Source: Mustelus asterias (taxonomy: Eukaryota). From it: a DNA stretch of 64,000 bases. The first letter of the stretch is position 1, and every line of letters begins with the position of its first letter. The stretch spans positions 50,592,001 to 50,656,000 of the forward strand of contig NC_135808.1 of the NCBI RefSeq assembly GCF_964213995.1. Reading direction: 5' to 3'. The translations under genes were made by a program, and so were the position numbers. Positions 25,700-37,663 of this stretch are shown piece by piece. Under the pieces are notes generated by a model. The model saw only the letters and a program-made list of their open reading frames with translations. It was not told the DNA's origin and did not search any database.

Positions 25700-28490
25700 C
25701 CAACCAAAGATGAGATAAAGAGGTGGACAATGAGAGTTTGAAAGGATCAAAGTGAGTTGGAGAGGTGGAGGGGGTTATGGAGGGAATTCCAGAGCTTGGA
25801 ACCCAGGCAGCTGAAGGCTTGGCCACCAATGGTGGAGACATTGGGCCTGATTTTACCATTTTCATTCCAAGTGCCGAATCTGGGCGCAATTCAGATCCGA
25901 CTGAGAAATCTGCTTTCAGGCACCCCCCATACGCACCCAGCTTGAAAAAAAAAACCGCGGGTCTCATTCGCGGTGTGGGCGGGGCTTAGCGCGCGCGAAA
26001 CGATCGGAGCTCTGAACTGCGCATGCGCAGTTGGAAACAAATGTGAAAAAGTGTGCCCAAGTCAGATCGCTCCCGGACCGCAGAAAGCGGAGAAAGTGGC
26101 TCGGGAGCGAAAAGCGGGAGCGTTGGCCCCCACAGACATCACTGTCCCCCTTATCAACCCCCCAACCCCCCGCTACCCAGACCGATCGCGACTCCTGCCC
26201 CCTTCTCCACCCCCCCTCCCCGGCCCCCACCGATCACCCGCAGAGTGGCAGCGGACTCCCCTGTCCCCCTCCCCCGCCCCACCAGTGATCCATCTGCGCC
26301 CCCCCTGACCAGTGCCCCCCCCGACCAGTGAGCGATCGGGCCTCCCACCCCCCCCTTCACCAGAGATACATCTTACCCGCCTCCCTCCTCCGCCCCCCAC
26401 CTCAGAGAAGGATCGGGCCTCACTCCCCCCACCCAGAGGAACATCTGACCCGCATCCTCCTCCCTCCCCACCAGACAACGATCAGCCCTCCCCGCCCTCC
26501 CCACCACCGGACAATGATCGGGCCTCCCTCCCCCCCCCTCCCCATCTCCCCACCAGAGATACATCTGACCCGCCTCCTCCTCCTTCCCCCCCCCAAACCA
26601 GACAACGATCGGGCCTCCCTCCCCCCCACCCTGCCCCCCACTCCCCACCAGAGATACATCTGACCCATGTCCTCCTCCTGCCCCCCCCCTCCCCACCCCC
26701 CACCCCCAACCAGACAACGATCTGGCCTCACTCCCCTCCCCCCACCCCCCCAACCAGAGAATGTTCTGACCTGCCTCCCTCCTCCCCCCCACCACCGATC
26801 TGAGTCAGGGAGCCGCTGGAAGCTCTGAACTCGCTCTTCAGCAGCTGGAGCGCCCGATTCAGACTTTTATTCAGCATGTCCGTTTCGGCGCGATTCCGGA
26901 TCAGCGAACGTGGCGGTAAAGGGGGAAATGCTGATAAAGGTGGGCGGGCAGTTCATTAATTCAATTGAAATACATGCAAATACATTTAAATCACCGTTGC
27001 GCCCATTTTGGGTGCGAAGCGGATCGCCGCCATTCCCGCGTTTCGGTAAAGTAGCCATCTGCGCGGGCGCGGGCGCAGATCGCGTTAATGGCCTCACACC
27101 CGACTTTACCACGTTCCCCACCCAAAAACGGGCGCGACGCAATGGTAAAATAGGGCCCATTATGATCAGGAATGTACAAGAGGCCAGGATTAGAGGAACA
27201 CAGATATCTCGGAGGGTTGTGGGGCTAGAGGAGATTCCAGAGAGAGGGAGGGGGTGAGGACATGGAGGGATTTGAAAACAAGGATGAGAACTATAAAATC
27301 AAGACATTGCTTGATCAGGAGCCAGTGTAGGCCAGTGAGCACAGGGGGTGATAGGGGAACGGGACTTGGTGTGAGTTCAGACTGGGACAGCAGAGTTTGG
27401 GATGAGCTGATGTGTGCGGAGGGTGGAATGTGGGAGAGCAGCAAGGAGTGTATTGGGATAGTCACGTCTAGAGGAACAAAGGCATGGATGAAGCTTTCAG
27501 CAGCAGATGGACTGAGAACAGCAGGTAGCTCTCATGGACAAGATGAGCTCAGAGAAGTCACGAGTGGGGGATCGGAGAGAAACTAGAGAAAGATGTGAGT
27601 TCAGGGCTCGGGCGGGGGGGGGAGAATTAGAGGATGTTTGTCCAGATGGTTAGAGGAAGGAAGGGACGTGGCAGAGGCAGCTGATTGGATTGTCTCAATC
27701 TTAGTCACAAAGACCTCGGTGAGATCCTCACACTTGTTGCTGGAGGTGAGGGGGGAGGGGACAGGGGAGAGGGGTTTAAGAAGTTGGTCTGCAGTTGGGT
27801 AAAGAAGCCGGAGCTTATCTTCTCATTCCAGGATGATCCTGGAATAGTCAGCAGTTTTAGCAGATGAGAGTAGGAGCCGGAAGTGTTTGAAGTGCTCCAG
27901 CCAGATCAGCCAGTGGATGGATAAACCAGTTGTCCACCAGATCCTTTCAAGTCTGTGTCCCTGGGATGAAGTGAGTGGAGATGAGGCCGGAGCAGGGGGA
28001 ACGGCCGGGGGGAGAGGGAATCATGGTTTTATTGGGGATTAGGATATCAAAGGTGGGGGTGAGGGGGAGCCAATCAGTCGCTGCAGAAATGTTGTGGTGA
28101 TCGGAGGGCCAGAGACGAGATAGTTGGGATTTGGAAAGTGCGGTTGTAAGTGAATGGACACAGCTGGAAGAGTTGGGTGAGGGGAAACAAAGGGGTTGCC
28201 TCCCCACAGAGCTGGTCTGAGAATCAACTGGCTTCTGGTAAAATGAAATTTACGATAGATGGGAATTGGAAAGTGCGGTTGTCAGTGGATTGGGGAATAG
28301 GTTTTTGCAGGGATGGATACAGAAGGGGGTAGGGTTGGAGGTGTGGATGGAGGATGTGGCTGGGGAGTGATACAAGGAAGTGATCAGAGATGGTCTGATC
28401 TCTGATTGAAACTATGGGAGCAGTGAGACCACGTGAGATTGTTAAGGTCAAGGGGGAGGTGGTGAATATGGGGTGGAGAATTGTGATTGT
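25700..28490 (-). mobile_element. Old L2-like LINE remnants hosting the MITE
   Basis: PVL..LHWL....DF..LILVFKSLH C-terminal motif at 27250-27350 and the APE motif ISDHFLV at about 28380. Confidence 0.6.
25843..27158. mobile_element. Non-autonomous PIF/Harbinger-type DNA transposon (MITE-like)
   Basis: 18-bp TIRs GGGCCTGATTTTACCATT / AATGGTAAAATAGGGCCC match at 16/18, with a 3-bp TSD ATT on both sides. The interior is CpG-rich, contains C-rich tandem repeats and has no transposase. Confidence 0.85.
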
Positions 28491-28825
28491 GATGGTTTGA
28501 TCCCAGCAACTTTCAGTTTCTTTTCTGTTTTCAATCTTGTCACTCAAGAGATCCCAGATCAAACTGATCATTTTCAAATGAATGATCATTGGCTTTGAAT
28601 CCAATCTTCTGCTGATGTGTCATTGATTGACAGGCCAAGCAGCCAATCAGGACAATCTCTTGGTGAAATGCAGCCAATCAGCTGATGGGGAGGTGGGACA
28701 TTTCCAAAGCACTCACCAGACAGAAACTGAATATTCTTAATGTTTATTACCTTTTACACATTGACATTGACAGAAAAAACAGCCCAGCCAGAGGAAGCTG
28801 GAGAAATTCACAGGGAGAATGGAGG

Positions 28826-28831
28826 TTTATT
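28826..28831 (-). terminator. Candidate poly(A) signal of the IgL transcript (second candidate at 28743-28748)
   Basis: AATAAA on the minus strand about 490 nt after the C stop codon. Confidence 0.55.
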
Positions 28832-29029
28832 AAAACACTTGTGGAGATTTTCTCAATAACATGAGAATCCTGTCCCTTTAAACAGTGACTAAAGCTTCAA
28901 TTGTAACTGCAGGGTGAGCAGGAAGGAGGTCTGGTTTACTGAAGCAGACACTTCACAGGGTCACATTATTATTGTACAGCTGACACTCTTCAGCATCTTC
29001 CAGAGGTTATACTTGTTATCACGAGTCTA

Positions 29030-29161
29030 CACTGTCAGGACAGGAACAGCACGGGGTTAGATATAGAGTAAAGCTGCCTCTGCACGGTCCACATCAAATA
29101 CTCCCAGGACAGGAACCGCACAGGGTTAGATACAGTGTAAAGCTCCCTCTACACTATCCCA
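29030..29161. repeat. Two copies of a ~68-bp repeat in the IgL 3' UTR
   Basis: CAGGACAGGAAC.GCAC.GGGTTAGATA.AG.GTAAAGCT.CCTCT.CAC occurs twice. Confidence 0.8.
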
Positions 29162-29316
29162 ATAACGTGCTTTAACTCCTGACCCTCAGAAGTGTCTCAG
29201 ACTCAGTCCCGAGAATGACGAGAGTTGTAATTCAGTGCTGACAATGACCTTTGCCCTCCCAGCTCACCCCTGTTCTATTCCAAGTTGTGTCTCCTCTGTG
29301 GACTGTCTCTAACACT

Positions 29317-29645
29317 CTAGGCACATTCTGATCTCCTGACGCTCTTGCTGAGGGGAGAGGAGAGGCTCACGTGGGTGAGGGCACAGGAGAAGCGGGCGTT
29401 GGACTCCCAGTCGGAGCCAGAGAGGGTCAGCAGGCTGCTGACGCTGTAGGTGTTGTCTGAAGCTCGCAGGTAGTTGCTGGTCTGAATCCCGTTGGAAATG
29501 GCTGCACCATCCTTCTTCCACTTCACCTCCACCTCATCGGGATAGAAGTGATTGGCAAGGCACACCAGGGTGGCAGTGCCCTTGGTCTTGACCTCCTCCG
29601 GGGAGGGGGGCAGCAGGGTCAGCGTGGGTTGTGAATTCTCACGGG
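29317..29645 (-). CDS. IGKC: Ig light chain constant exon
   Basis: A tctctttcag acceptor precedes (T)RENSQPTLTLLPPSPEEVKTKGTATLVCLANHFYPDEVEVKWKKDG...YSVSSLLTLSGSDWESNARFSCALTH...RSECA*. The C1-set Cys/Trp pattern and the penultimate interchain Cys are present, and the exon is in frame with J. Confidence 0.96.
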
Positions 29646-30002
29646 CTGAAAGAGAAGAGAAGGAATTTTAATCACTGCCATTTTCAGGCTTTCAACTTCC
29701 CGAATATAAACTGGGATCAAATCAGTGTCAATGTTTCAACATTGCACAATTCCGAAAATCCATTCCGGGGGAACTTTTTTAACCAGCACGGAACAATCCC
29801 AACAAGAGAAGGGGCAGTTTTGGGCAGTTTTAGCGAATGAATCTGGGCAGTGGAAGGTGTATCAGTGGGAGAGCATTTGGGTAATAGTGATTATAATACA
29901 GTTAGATTTAGAGTCGTTATGGAAAAGGGGAAAGAGCGATTGAGAGTAAACATTGTAAATTGTGAAAAGGCCAATTTCACGAAACTGGGATTTGCCAAAA
30001 TG

Positions 30003-30378
30003 ATAGCCAGGTTCCGCACGCATGGGGACGGCCTCAACCGGGAACTTGGGTTCATGTCACACTATCTGTAACCCCCACAACCTGCCTGGATGTGCAAAAT
30101 CTCACTCGCTGTCCTGTCTGGGGACAATACACATCTCTTTAACCTGTGCTTAATGCTCCCTCCACTCACATTGTCTGTACCTTTAAGACTTGATTAGCTG
30201 TAAAGACTCACATTCCAATCATTATTCATGTAAATTGAGTTTGTGTCTTTGTGTCCTGTTTGTGATCACAACTCCTACCCACCTGACGAAGGAACAGCCT
30301 GTTCTGAAAGCTAGTGGCTTTTGCTACCAAATGAACCTGTTGGACTTTAACATGGTGTTGTGAGACATCTTACTGTAA
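30003..30378 (+). mobile_element. Penelope-like element 3' end (GIY-YIG C-terminus + pLTR)
   Basis: IARFRTHGDGLNRELGFMSHYL*, a hammerhead-like core and flanking direct repeats TTGCCAAAATG. A related pLTR fragment lies at about 56468-56587. Confidence 0.8.
30278..30317 (+). ncRNA. Minimal hammerhead-ribozyme-like motif in the Penelope pLTR
   Basis: CCAC-CTGACGA-aggaacagcctgttct-GAAAGCTA-GTGG: both core boxes, a stem II and a short stem I. Confidence 0.6.
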
Positions 30379-31469
30379 TTGCCAAAATGGACAGGAAACA
30401 GCGACTTGAAGGTAAATCAGTGTCAGAGCAGTGGGAGGATATTGGAGCTGGAGATGGAGTTCAGGACAAATATGTTCATCAAGCAATAGCGTGGGACATT
30501 GCAAGGAGGATAACTAAGGATTAAATCGGGCTGATGAGAGAGCAAAAAGATAACTTGTGTGTGGAGGGAGAAGACACGGTGATGGTTCTTAATGAATAAT
30601 TTACATCAGATATCACAAATGGGAGGGACAAAGTTGACATTGTAGTTCAGGAGGAGAGGGATTGTGAAATAATTAATGGGATAATGATAGTGAGAGAGGA
30701 GATACTAATGTGCTTATCATCTTTGAAAGTGGAGAAATTCCCAGGCCCGGGTGAAATGTATCCCAGGATGCGAAGGGAAGCACGGGAAGAAAAAGCAGAG
30801 ACTCTGACCATTATTTCCCAATCCTCTCTGGCTACAGGTGTGGTGTGGGAGGACTGGAGGACGGATAATGCTGTTTAAAATTAAAAGCTGATGGGATCCA
30901 AGGGATGGATTTTTGGAGGGCCGAAGGGCCTGTTTCCTGTGCTGTACTGGAAAGTGGCAAGTTGGATTTCAAGTTAGTTCAGGGTAAAGGTTTGATTTGA
31001 AGCTGGTTCAATCATTTTGCAATGTAACTAAAACATCTGTAAAGAAGATTACTACAAATTCAGCACTGAAATGGTTAATAGTGAGAGTATTTAAAGACAG
31101 AGTGTCCCTTTAAGAGACTGTTAACCAGTCAGGAAGCTGGAACTATTGTTCAGTCTGTCTGGGGGATACAGGTTGAGCATCAACAAACCTCAGATCACAC
31201 ACAGATCAGGAGAACTTTATCCCAGAACATTGCAGCAGACTTGGATCAACACACTTCACACAGCATTCTGATTGGCTGTCAGTGTAGAAGCTTCTAAATT
31301 TCATTTCAAACCTTACTGCCCAGCACTTGGCTGAGGTCAAGGGTGAGGTTAGAATTAGTCTCAGTGTCCAGGAGTCAGACAGGGTCACTGCTCCGAATGA
31401 CCCCATGAACTCTGGAGGGTGTGAGTGTGTGGATAATGAGTGAGGGTTAGGATCAGGAATCTCCAACCT

Positions 31470-31800
31470 CAAAGACAGAATTACATTTCTATAGCACCTG
31501 TCACCACCTCAGAATGTCCCAAAGTGTTTTACAGCTCATTGTGCACAGCAAGATCCCAGGGAGCAGAGTGAGAATGAACAGATAAGCAGATTTGTAGTGA
31601 TGTTGATTGAGGGATAAATATTGACCAGTACACTGGGGAGAACTCCCTGATCTTCTTCCAATGGTACCATGGAATCTTTCACACCCCCTGAGAGGACAGA
31701 TATCAGATTGTCTCATCTGAAAGACGGCACCTCTGACAGTGCAGCACTCGCTCAATACTGCACTGGATCTCAGCCTGGATGATGTGGGATTTGAGGTATC
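31470..31800 (-). mobile_element. Deu-domain SINE (SacSINE1/AmnSINE1-like) in the J-C intron
   Basis: The minus strand reads GTGCTGCACTGTCAGAGGTGCCGTCTTTCAGATGAGAC...TTTATCCCTCAATCAACATCAC, recalled as the DeuSINE core. Confidence 0.7.
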
Positions 31801-33044
31801 AGTCTGTTTCTGTGGATTCTCTGCTGCTTTCAGTTGAATGAAGAGTGCAGGAGGACATGCCAGGAGCAACAGCAGACATACTGAAAAATGAGGAATGAGG
31901 CCACTTGGGGAGGGTGGAGCTGTTCCCCAGCCAGAGAGAGTGTCTTCAGGAGAGAGATGGAGAGCAGATTATGGGAGGCCTGTAGTCTAGAGGGGGGACA
32001 TTTAACCAGTCGCTGACAGGTGCTGAGCCCTTTCCCCATGAGGATTTGGAAGTGGATGCGGAAAGTGGGAGGTGAACTAGAGAAATGTCTTTGTTGCTGC
32101 TGAAACTCTTGCTATCTGCTCAGTCACATCTAATAAACACACAGACAAATCAGACAAACATCAGTCTGTTTCTGTGGATTCTCTGCTGCTTTCAGTTCAA
32201 TGAAGAGTGCAGGAGGACACGGCAGGAGCAACAGCAGATGTACTGAAAAATGAGATATTGACCTGGTGAAGCTACAACACAGGACTGTGTGTCAAACAGC
32301 AGAAGCAGCAAGTGATAGACAGAGCTAAACCATCCCACAAACAATGGATCAGATCAAAACTCTACAGTCCTGCCACATCCAGCCGTGAATGGTGGTGGAC
32401 AATTAAACAACTCACTGGAGGAGGAGGCTCCACAAATATCCCCATCCTCAATGACGGAGGAACCCAGAACATCAGTGCAAAAGATAAGGCTGAAGCACTT
32501 GCAGCAATCTTCAGCCAGAAGTGCCACGTGGATGATCCATCTCGACCTCCTCTGGAGGTCCTGAAGACTTGTGCTCCAGAACTTCCAGCGTCCCTAGCCA
32601 AGCTGTTCCAGTACATCTACAACACTGGCATCAACCCAAGATTGTGATAAATTACCCGGTTATGAACTGTGCACAAAAACCAGGACAAATCCAATCCGCA
32701 CAATAACCGCCCCATCAGTCTACTCTCGATCATCAGCAATGTGATCTGAACATATCCAGAGCGATTACCAAGCAGCACTTACTCAGCAATAATCTGCTCA
32801 CTGACACTCAGTTTGGGTTCCGCCAGGGTCACTCAGCTCCTGACCTCATTACAGCCTTGGTTCAAACATGGACAAAAGAGCTGAACTCTAGAGGTGAGGT
32901 GAGAGTGACTGCCCTTGACATCAAGGCAGCATTTGACCGAGTGTGGCATCAAGGATCCCTCGCAAAACTGGAGCCCATGGGAATCAGGGGAAAACTCTCC
33001 GCTCTTTGGAGTTATACCCAGCACAATGGAAGATGGTTGTTGTT

Positions 33045-35525
33045 TGGGGTTTTACTCTACAATCTATATTAATGAGCTGGATGAAGGGAATGAGAGGAAT
33101 GTCACTAAACGTGCTGATGATAAAATGAAAAGTAGAAATACAAGTTGTGAGGAGGATGCAGCATCTGAAAAGGGATAGAGATAGGTTCAGTGAGTGGGAA
33201 AACATTGACAGATGGAGTATAATATGGGAAAATGTGAGGTTGTCCACTTTGGCAGGAGGATAGAGCAGAATACTAGTAAACTGGAGAGATTCTATCGAGT
33301 GATCTGGATGTCTTTCCATCCAGGAACAGCAATAAATTAGGAAGACAAATGGAATGTTGCTCTTCATTGCAATGAGGATGAGTATAAAAGTAGGGATGTT
33401 TTGCTGCAGCTGTACAGCACCTTGAGAAAATCACACCTGGAATATTGTGGACACTTTTGGTCTCCATACTTAAGGAAGGATATAGTAGCATTGGAAAGAG
33501 TTCAGAGAAGGTTCACGAGGCTGATTCCACTGAGTAATGGATTGTCTTATGAGGAAAGCTTGAGCAGGTTGGGCCGATACTCATTGGAGTAGAACTTATT
33601 CCACCACCTCAGCACCATCTTCACCAGGGCAATTAGGGATGGGTGATAAGTGCAGGTCTGCACAGAATCACAGAAAATAGGAACAGGAGGAGGCCATTCG
33701 GCCCTTTGAGCCTGCTCCACTATTCATCATGATCATTTCTGATCATCCAATCAGTAGCCAGATCCTGTCTTCCCCCGCAAATCCTTTGATCCTATTCACC
33801 CCAAGAGTTAAATCTAACTCCTTCTTGAAAACGTACAATATTTTGGCCTCAACTGCTTTCTGTGGTAGTGAATTCCACAGGTTTACGCCTCTCTGGGTGA
33901 AGGAATTTCTCCTCACCTCAGTCCTAAAAGGTTTACCCCATATTCTCAGACTATGACGCCTCAAACTGGACGCTCCCAGCACTGGGAACATGCTTCCTGT
34001 ATCTACCCTGTCTAGTCCTGTTGGAATTTTATAGATTTTTATACGATTCTCCCCTCATTCTTCTGAACTGCAGTGGGGGCAGCACGGTGGCACAGTGGTT
34101 AGCACTGCTGCCTCACAGTGCCAGGGGGCTAGGTTCGATTCCCGTCTTGGGTCACTGTCTGTGTGGAGTTTGCACATTCTCCCCATGTCTGTGTGGGTTT
34201 CCTCCAGGTGTTAAGGTTTCCTCCCACAGTCCAAAAGGTGTGCAGGTTAGGTGAATTGGCCAAGCTAAAGTCTCCCTCAGTATACCCGAACAGGCGCCAG
34301 AATGTGGCCACATGGGGATTTTCACAGTGACTTCATTGCAGTGTAAATGTAAGCCTATTTGTGACTCATAAATAAACTTTAAAAAAAATATAATCTTAAC
34401 CAACACAATCTCTCCTCCTACATCAATCCCACTATCGCAGAAATCATTCCAGTAAACCTTTGCTGCACTCCCTCTGTCGCAAAAACATCCTTCCTCAGAT
34501 AAGGAGAGTAAAACTGTACACATCATTCCCAGTGTGGCCTCACCAAGGCCCTGTATAACTGCAGAAAGACAGAATTACGAGGGACAGAGATAGGGTAGAT
34601 ATGAGGAAACCTTTCCCCTTAATCACAGAGGCAGCAGATTTTGAGGGACTTGAGGGAAATCTTTTCACCCAGAGGGTGCTGGGAATCTGGATCTCACTGC
34701 CTGAAAGGGTGGTGGAGGTGGGAGCACTCACAACATTTAAGAAACATTTAGATGAGCGCTTGAAATTCCAAAGTATACAAGGCAACGGACCAAATGCTGG
34801 AGAATGGGATTGGAATAGATAGGTGCTTGGTGGCCGGCACAGACATGGACAATAGAATCCCTGAAGTGCAGGCGGAGGCCATTCGGCCCATCGAGTCTGC
34901 ATCAACTCTTACCCCATAACCCCATGTATTTACCTCACTAATCCCCCTCACCTGTTAGGTCTCCATGAGTTGCCTCTGAACTCCAGTGAATACAAGTCTT
35001 AACCAACTCAATGTCTCCTCATACATCAGTCCCATTATAACAGGAATCAGTCTGGGATACCTTCTCTGCACTCCCTCTGGAGCAAATATATCCTTCCTGA
35101 GATAGGGAGACCAAAACTGCGCACAATATTCCCAGTGCGGCCTCACCAAGGACCTGTATAACCGCAGCAGGTCAGAATTATGAAGACATAGAGCAGATAC
35201 GAAGAAACTTTTCCCCTTTTAGCAGCAGGTTCAAAAACCAGGGAGCATAGATTTAATCTCAGAGGCAGAAGATTTTGAGGGATTGGAGGAAAAACTTTTT
35301 CACTCAGAGGCTGTTGGGAATCTGGAACTCACTGCCTGAAACAATGGTAGATACAGGAACCCTCACAACATTTAAGAAGTATTTAGATGAGCATTTGAAA
35401 TTCCAAACCATACAAGGCTATGAACCAAGTGCTGGAAAATGGGATTAGAATAGTTGGGTGCTTAATGGCCGGCAGAGACAGGATGGGCTGAAGGGCCTCT
35501 TTCTGTGCAGTAAATTTCTATGAGA
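33045..35525. mobile_element. Cluster of old CR1 fragments in both orientations (J-C intron)
   Basis: HLEYC..FWSPYLRKD and FTQRV..WNSLP motifs. Confidence 0.8.
34076..34385 (+). mobile_element. V-SINE variant with a different 3' tail (also at about 42971-43270 and 55795-56095)
   Basis: HE1-like head and core, then TCCCTCAGTGTACCCGAACAGG...ACTTCATTGCAGTGTTAATGTAAGCC...AATAAA. Confidence 0.85.
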
Positions 35526-37000
35526 CGATGACTGAGCCAAGATGGCCGAGAATGTAAAGTGACCAGCTTCTGGAAAATTCCGATGTGGGTTATATTTGAC
35601 TGATTGTCCTGAGAGAAGATGGAATGTCACACCTGAAAGATGTCAGGGATTTCATCAAACAGGAAATAGAAATGGAGATAGAAAAAATGTCTCAGACTAA
35701 ACTTTAATCTCCTTTTGTTACGGAAACAATGGAGACTGATTGTCACATCTCAGCAGACATTCAAAACCCATCTGCTGTTGAGTTATACCTCAGAATGTGG
35801 AAATGGTCTGAGTTCAAAGTAAACTGACTCGAGGGTGAAAGACATGTTTGTTTGTTACCTTTCAGGAAACAACAGGGAAATGGGTTAAAAATCCAACTGC
35901 ACACCTGAGCTCTGTGTACTGGTGCGGGTGTGACAGAATGTGAGTTGAGACATTCCTCCGGATGGTCCAGTTTCCTCCCACAGTCCAAAGATCTGCAGGT
36001 TAGATGGATTGGCCATGCTAAATTACCCCTAGTGTGTTCTTTTGGTGGATTAGCAATGGTAAATGCGCAGGGTTACAGGGATAGGGTGGGGAGCCTGGGT
36101 AAGAAGCTCTTTCAGAGAGTTGGTACAGATTCGATGGACTGAATAGCCTCCTTCTGCACTGTAGAGATTCAAAGGCTAATAAAGGACTATGTGGACTGTG
36201 TAAGGTTTCCACGGGTGAAGGGATCCATTTTAAATGAACCCTGTTGTGACCAATCGAGTGCAGGGTTCCAGCTGATTACTCCTCACCCAGGAGCAAAACA
36301 AAATTTGGATCCAGTTCAGGAAGTTAACAAATGAGGGACCTTGTCTGAGGACTGGTCACAACATGTACACAGCAAGATCCCACTCACAGCAATGAGAACA
36401 ATCAGCATTTTCAGTGATGTTGGATCCGGGATAAATATTGGACTGAACTCGTCCCAGAGAGAAAGTAACTGAGAGTCTCCCCAAAAGCCTGGAACACTGA
36501 AGCCACTGGATTGTGGGCCCTGCTGTAGCTGTTTGTCATCAGAACGTTAGCAAGAGATAAGCAGGGAGTGGAGAGAGCAGAGTGAAAGCTGGGGGAGGTG
36601 GCACCTCGGTGTCTCACTGTGCTGGTGCTGTGATCAGTTATATCAGAGAGTGTGACAGGGAGTCCGACTTCACATCAAACTCTGCCTGTGTGTGTCACAC
36701 TGAGACTGACAGGAGTCTAGAGAGTGATTTCACTCCATGCTGCAGGAATGTGAGCACAGTCTGCAAACGTCCAGATCTCCTCCACACGGTGAGTAAAAGC
36801 TGCTTACTTATATCTTGCTGCTTAAAGGGGGGAATGGAAGTAAAGAAATACAGCTGGGCTCCCTGTTCCACACAATGTTCTTCAATCAACCATTTCATTG
36901 ACTGCAGCTTCCTCACCAACACCTTCAACTATTCAGCATTTGTGTTTGAGAAAGTTTCAGCATTGAAAGAGTTAATAACGGAGGATTGGGCTTTACTTAC

Positions 37001-37035
37001 TCAGTCTGAGTTTGGTTCCTTTACCGAACGTAAGG
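37001..37035 (-). CDS. IGKJ: Ig light chain J segment (LTFGKGTKLRL)
   Basis: FGxGT motif, preceded by a 23-RSS and followed by a GTAAGT donor in phase 1, which is compatible with the C exon. Confidence 0.95.
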
Positions 37036-37074
37036 CACACTGACAGCTTCCAGTGCAGGAGCTGTACAAAAACC
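37036..37074 (+). promoter_or_regulatory. 23-bp-spacer recombination signal sequence of J
   Basis: The plus strand reads CACACTG-acagcttccagtgcaggagctgt(23)-ACAAAAACC. The heptamer has one mismatch at position 5 and the nonamer is consensus. V12/J23 is the kappa configuration. Confidence 0.95.
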
Positions 37075-37389
37075 TCTGCTCTCTGCCTCACTCACTCACT
37101 CACTCATCTCTTCTCTCTCACTCTTTCTCTCTCACTCTTTCTCTCTCACTCTTTCTCTCTCTCTGTTTCTCTCTCTCTGTTTCTCTCTCTCTGTTTCTCT
37201 CAATGTCTCAGTGTTTTGTCGGGAGAGTTGAGAATTCTAATTTGAGATGATGAATCTTTCAGCTGCTCTTCATATGTGGACATGGAGAGTAAGAGGGAAA
37301 CTCGAGGCCTTCAGCGAGCGGTGGACACCACAGGGACTGGAGTGTGTAGTGGACAGTGCAAATAATTTGTCCAGTTTCCTTTCTTGTCT

Positions 37390-37630
37390 TTATTATATAT
37401 TATATAAAACTGTGGGATGTGTCAGTACAGGAGGTGGGACTGTGTGTCCATTATTATATATTATATAAAACTGTGGGATGTGTCAGTACAGGAGGTGGGA
37501 CTGTGTGTCCATTATTATATATTATATAAAACTGTGGGATGTGTCAGTACAGGAGGTGGGACTGTGTGTCCATTATTATATATTACATAAAACTGTGGGA
37601 TGTGTCAGTACAGGAGGTGGTGCTGTGTGT
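37390..37630. repeat. 61-bp minisatellite x4 between V and J
   Basis: CTGTGGGATG recurs at 37410, 37471, 37532 and 37593. Confidence 0.95.
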
Positions 37631-37635
37631 GTTGG

Positions 37636-37663
37636 GGTTTTTGTAAGGCTCTGTATCACTGTG
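37636..37663 (-). promoter_or_regulatory. 12-bp-spacer recombination signal sequence of V
   Basis: The minus strand reads CACAGTG-atacagagcctt(12)-ACAAAAACC, a consensus heptamer and nonamer directly abutting V. Confidence 0.97.

Noticed and set aside
25964-26803. Pro- and Gly-rich ORFs
   Set aside because: Artefacts of the C-rich repeats inside the MITE.
31340-31410. Second J segment (FGAVTL in ORF 31206-31472)
   Set aside because: No FGxGT motif, no RSS and no matching splice donor.
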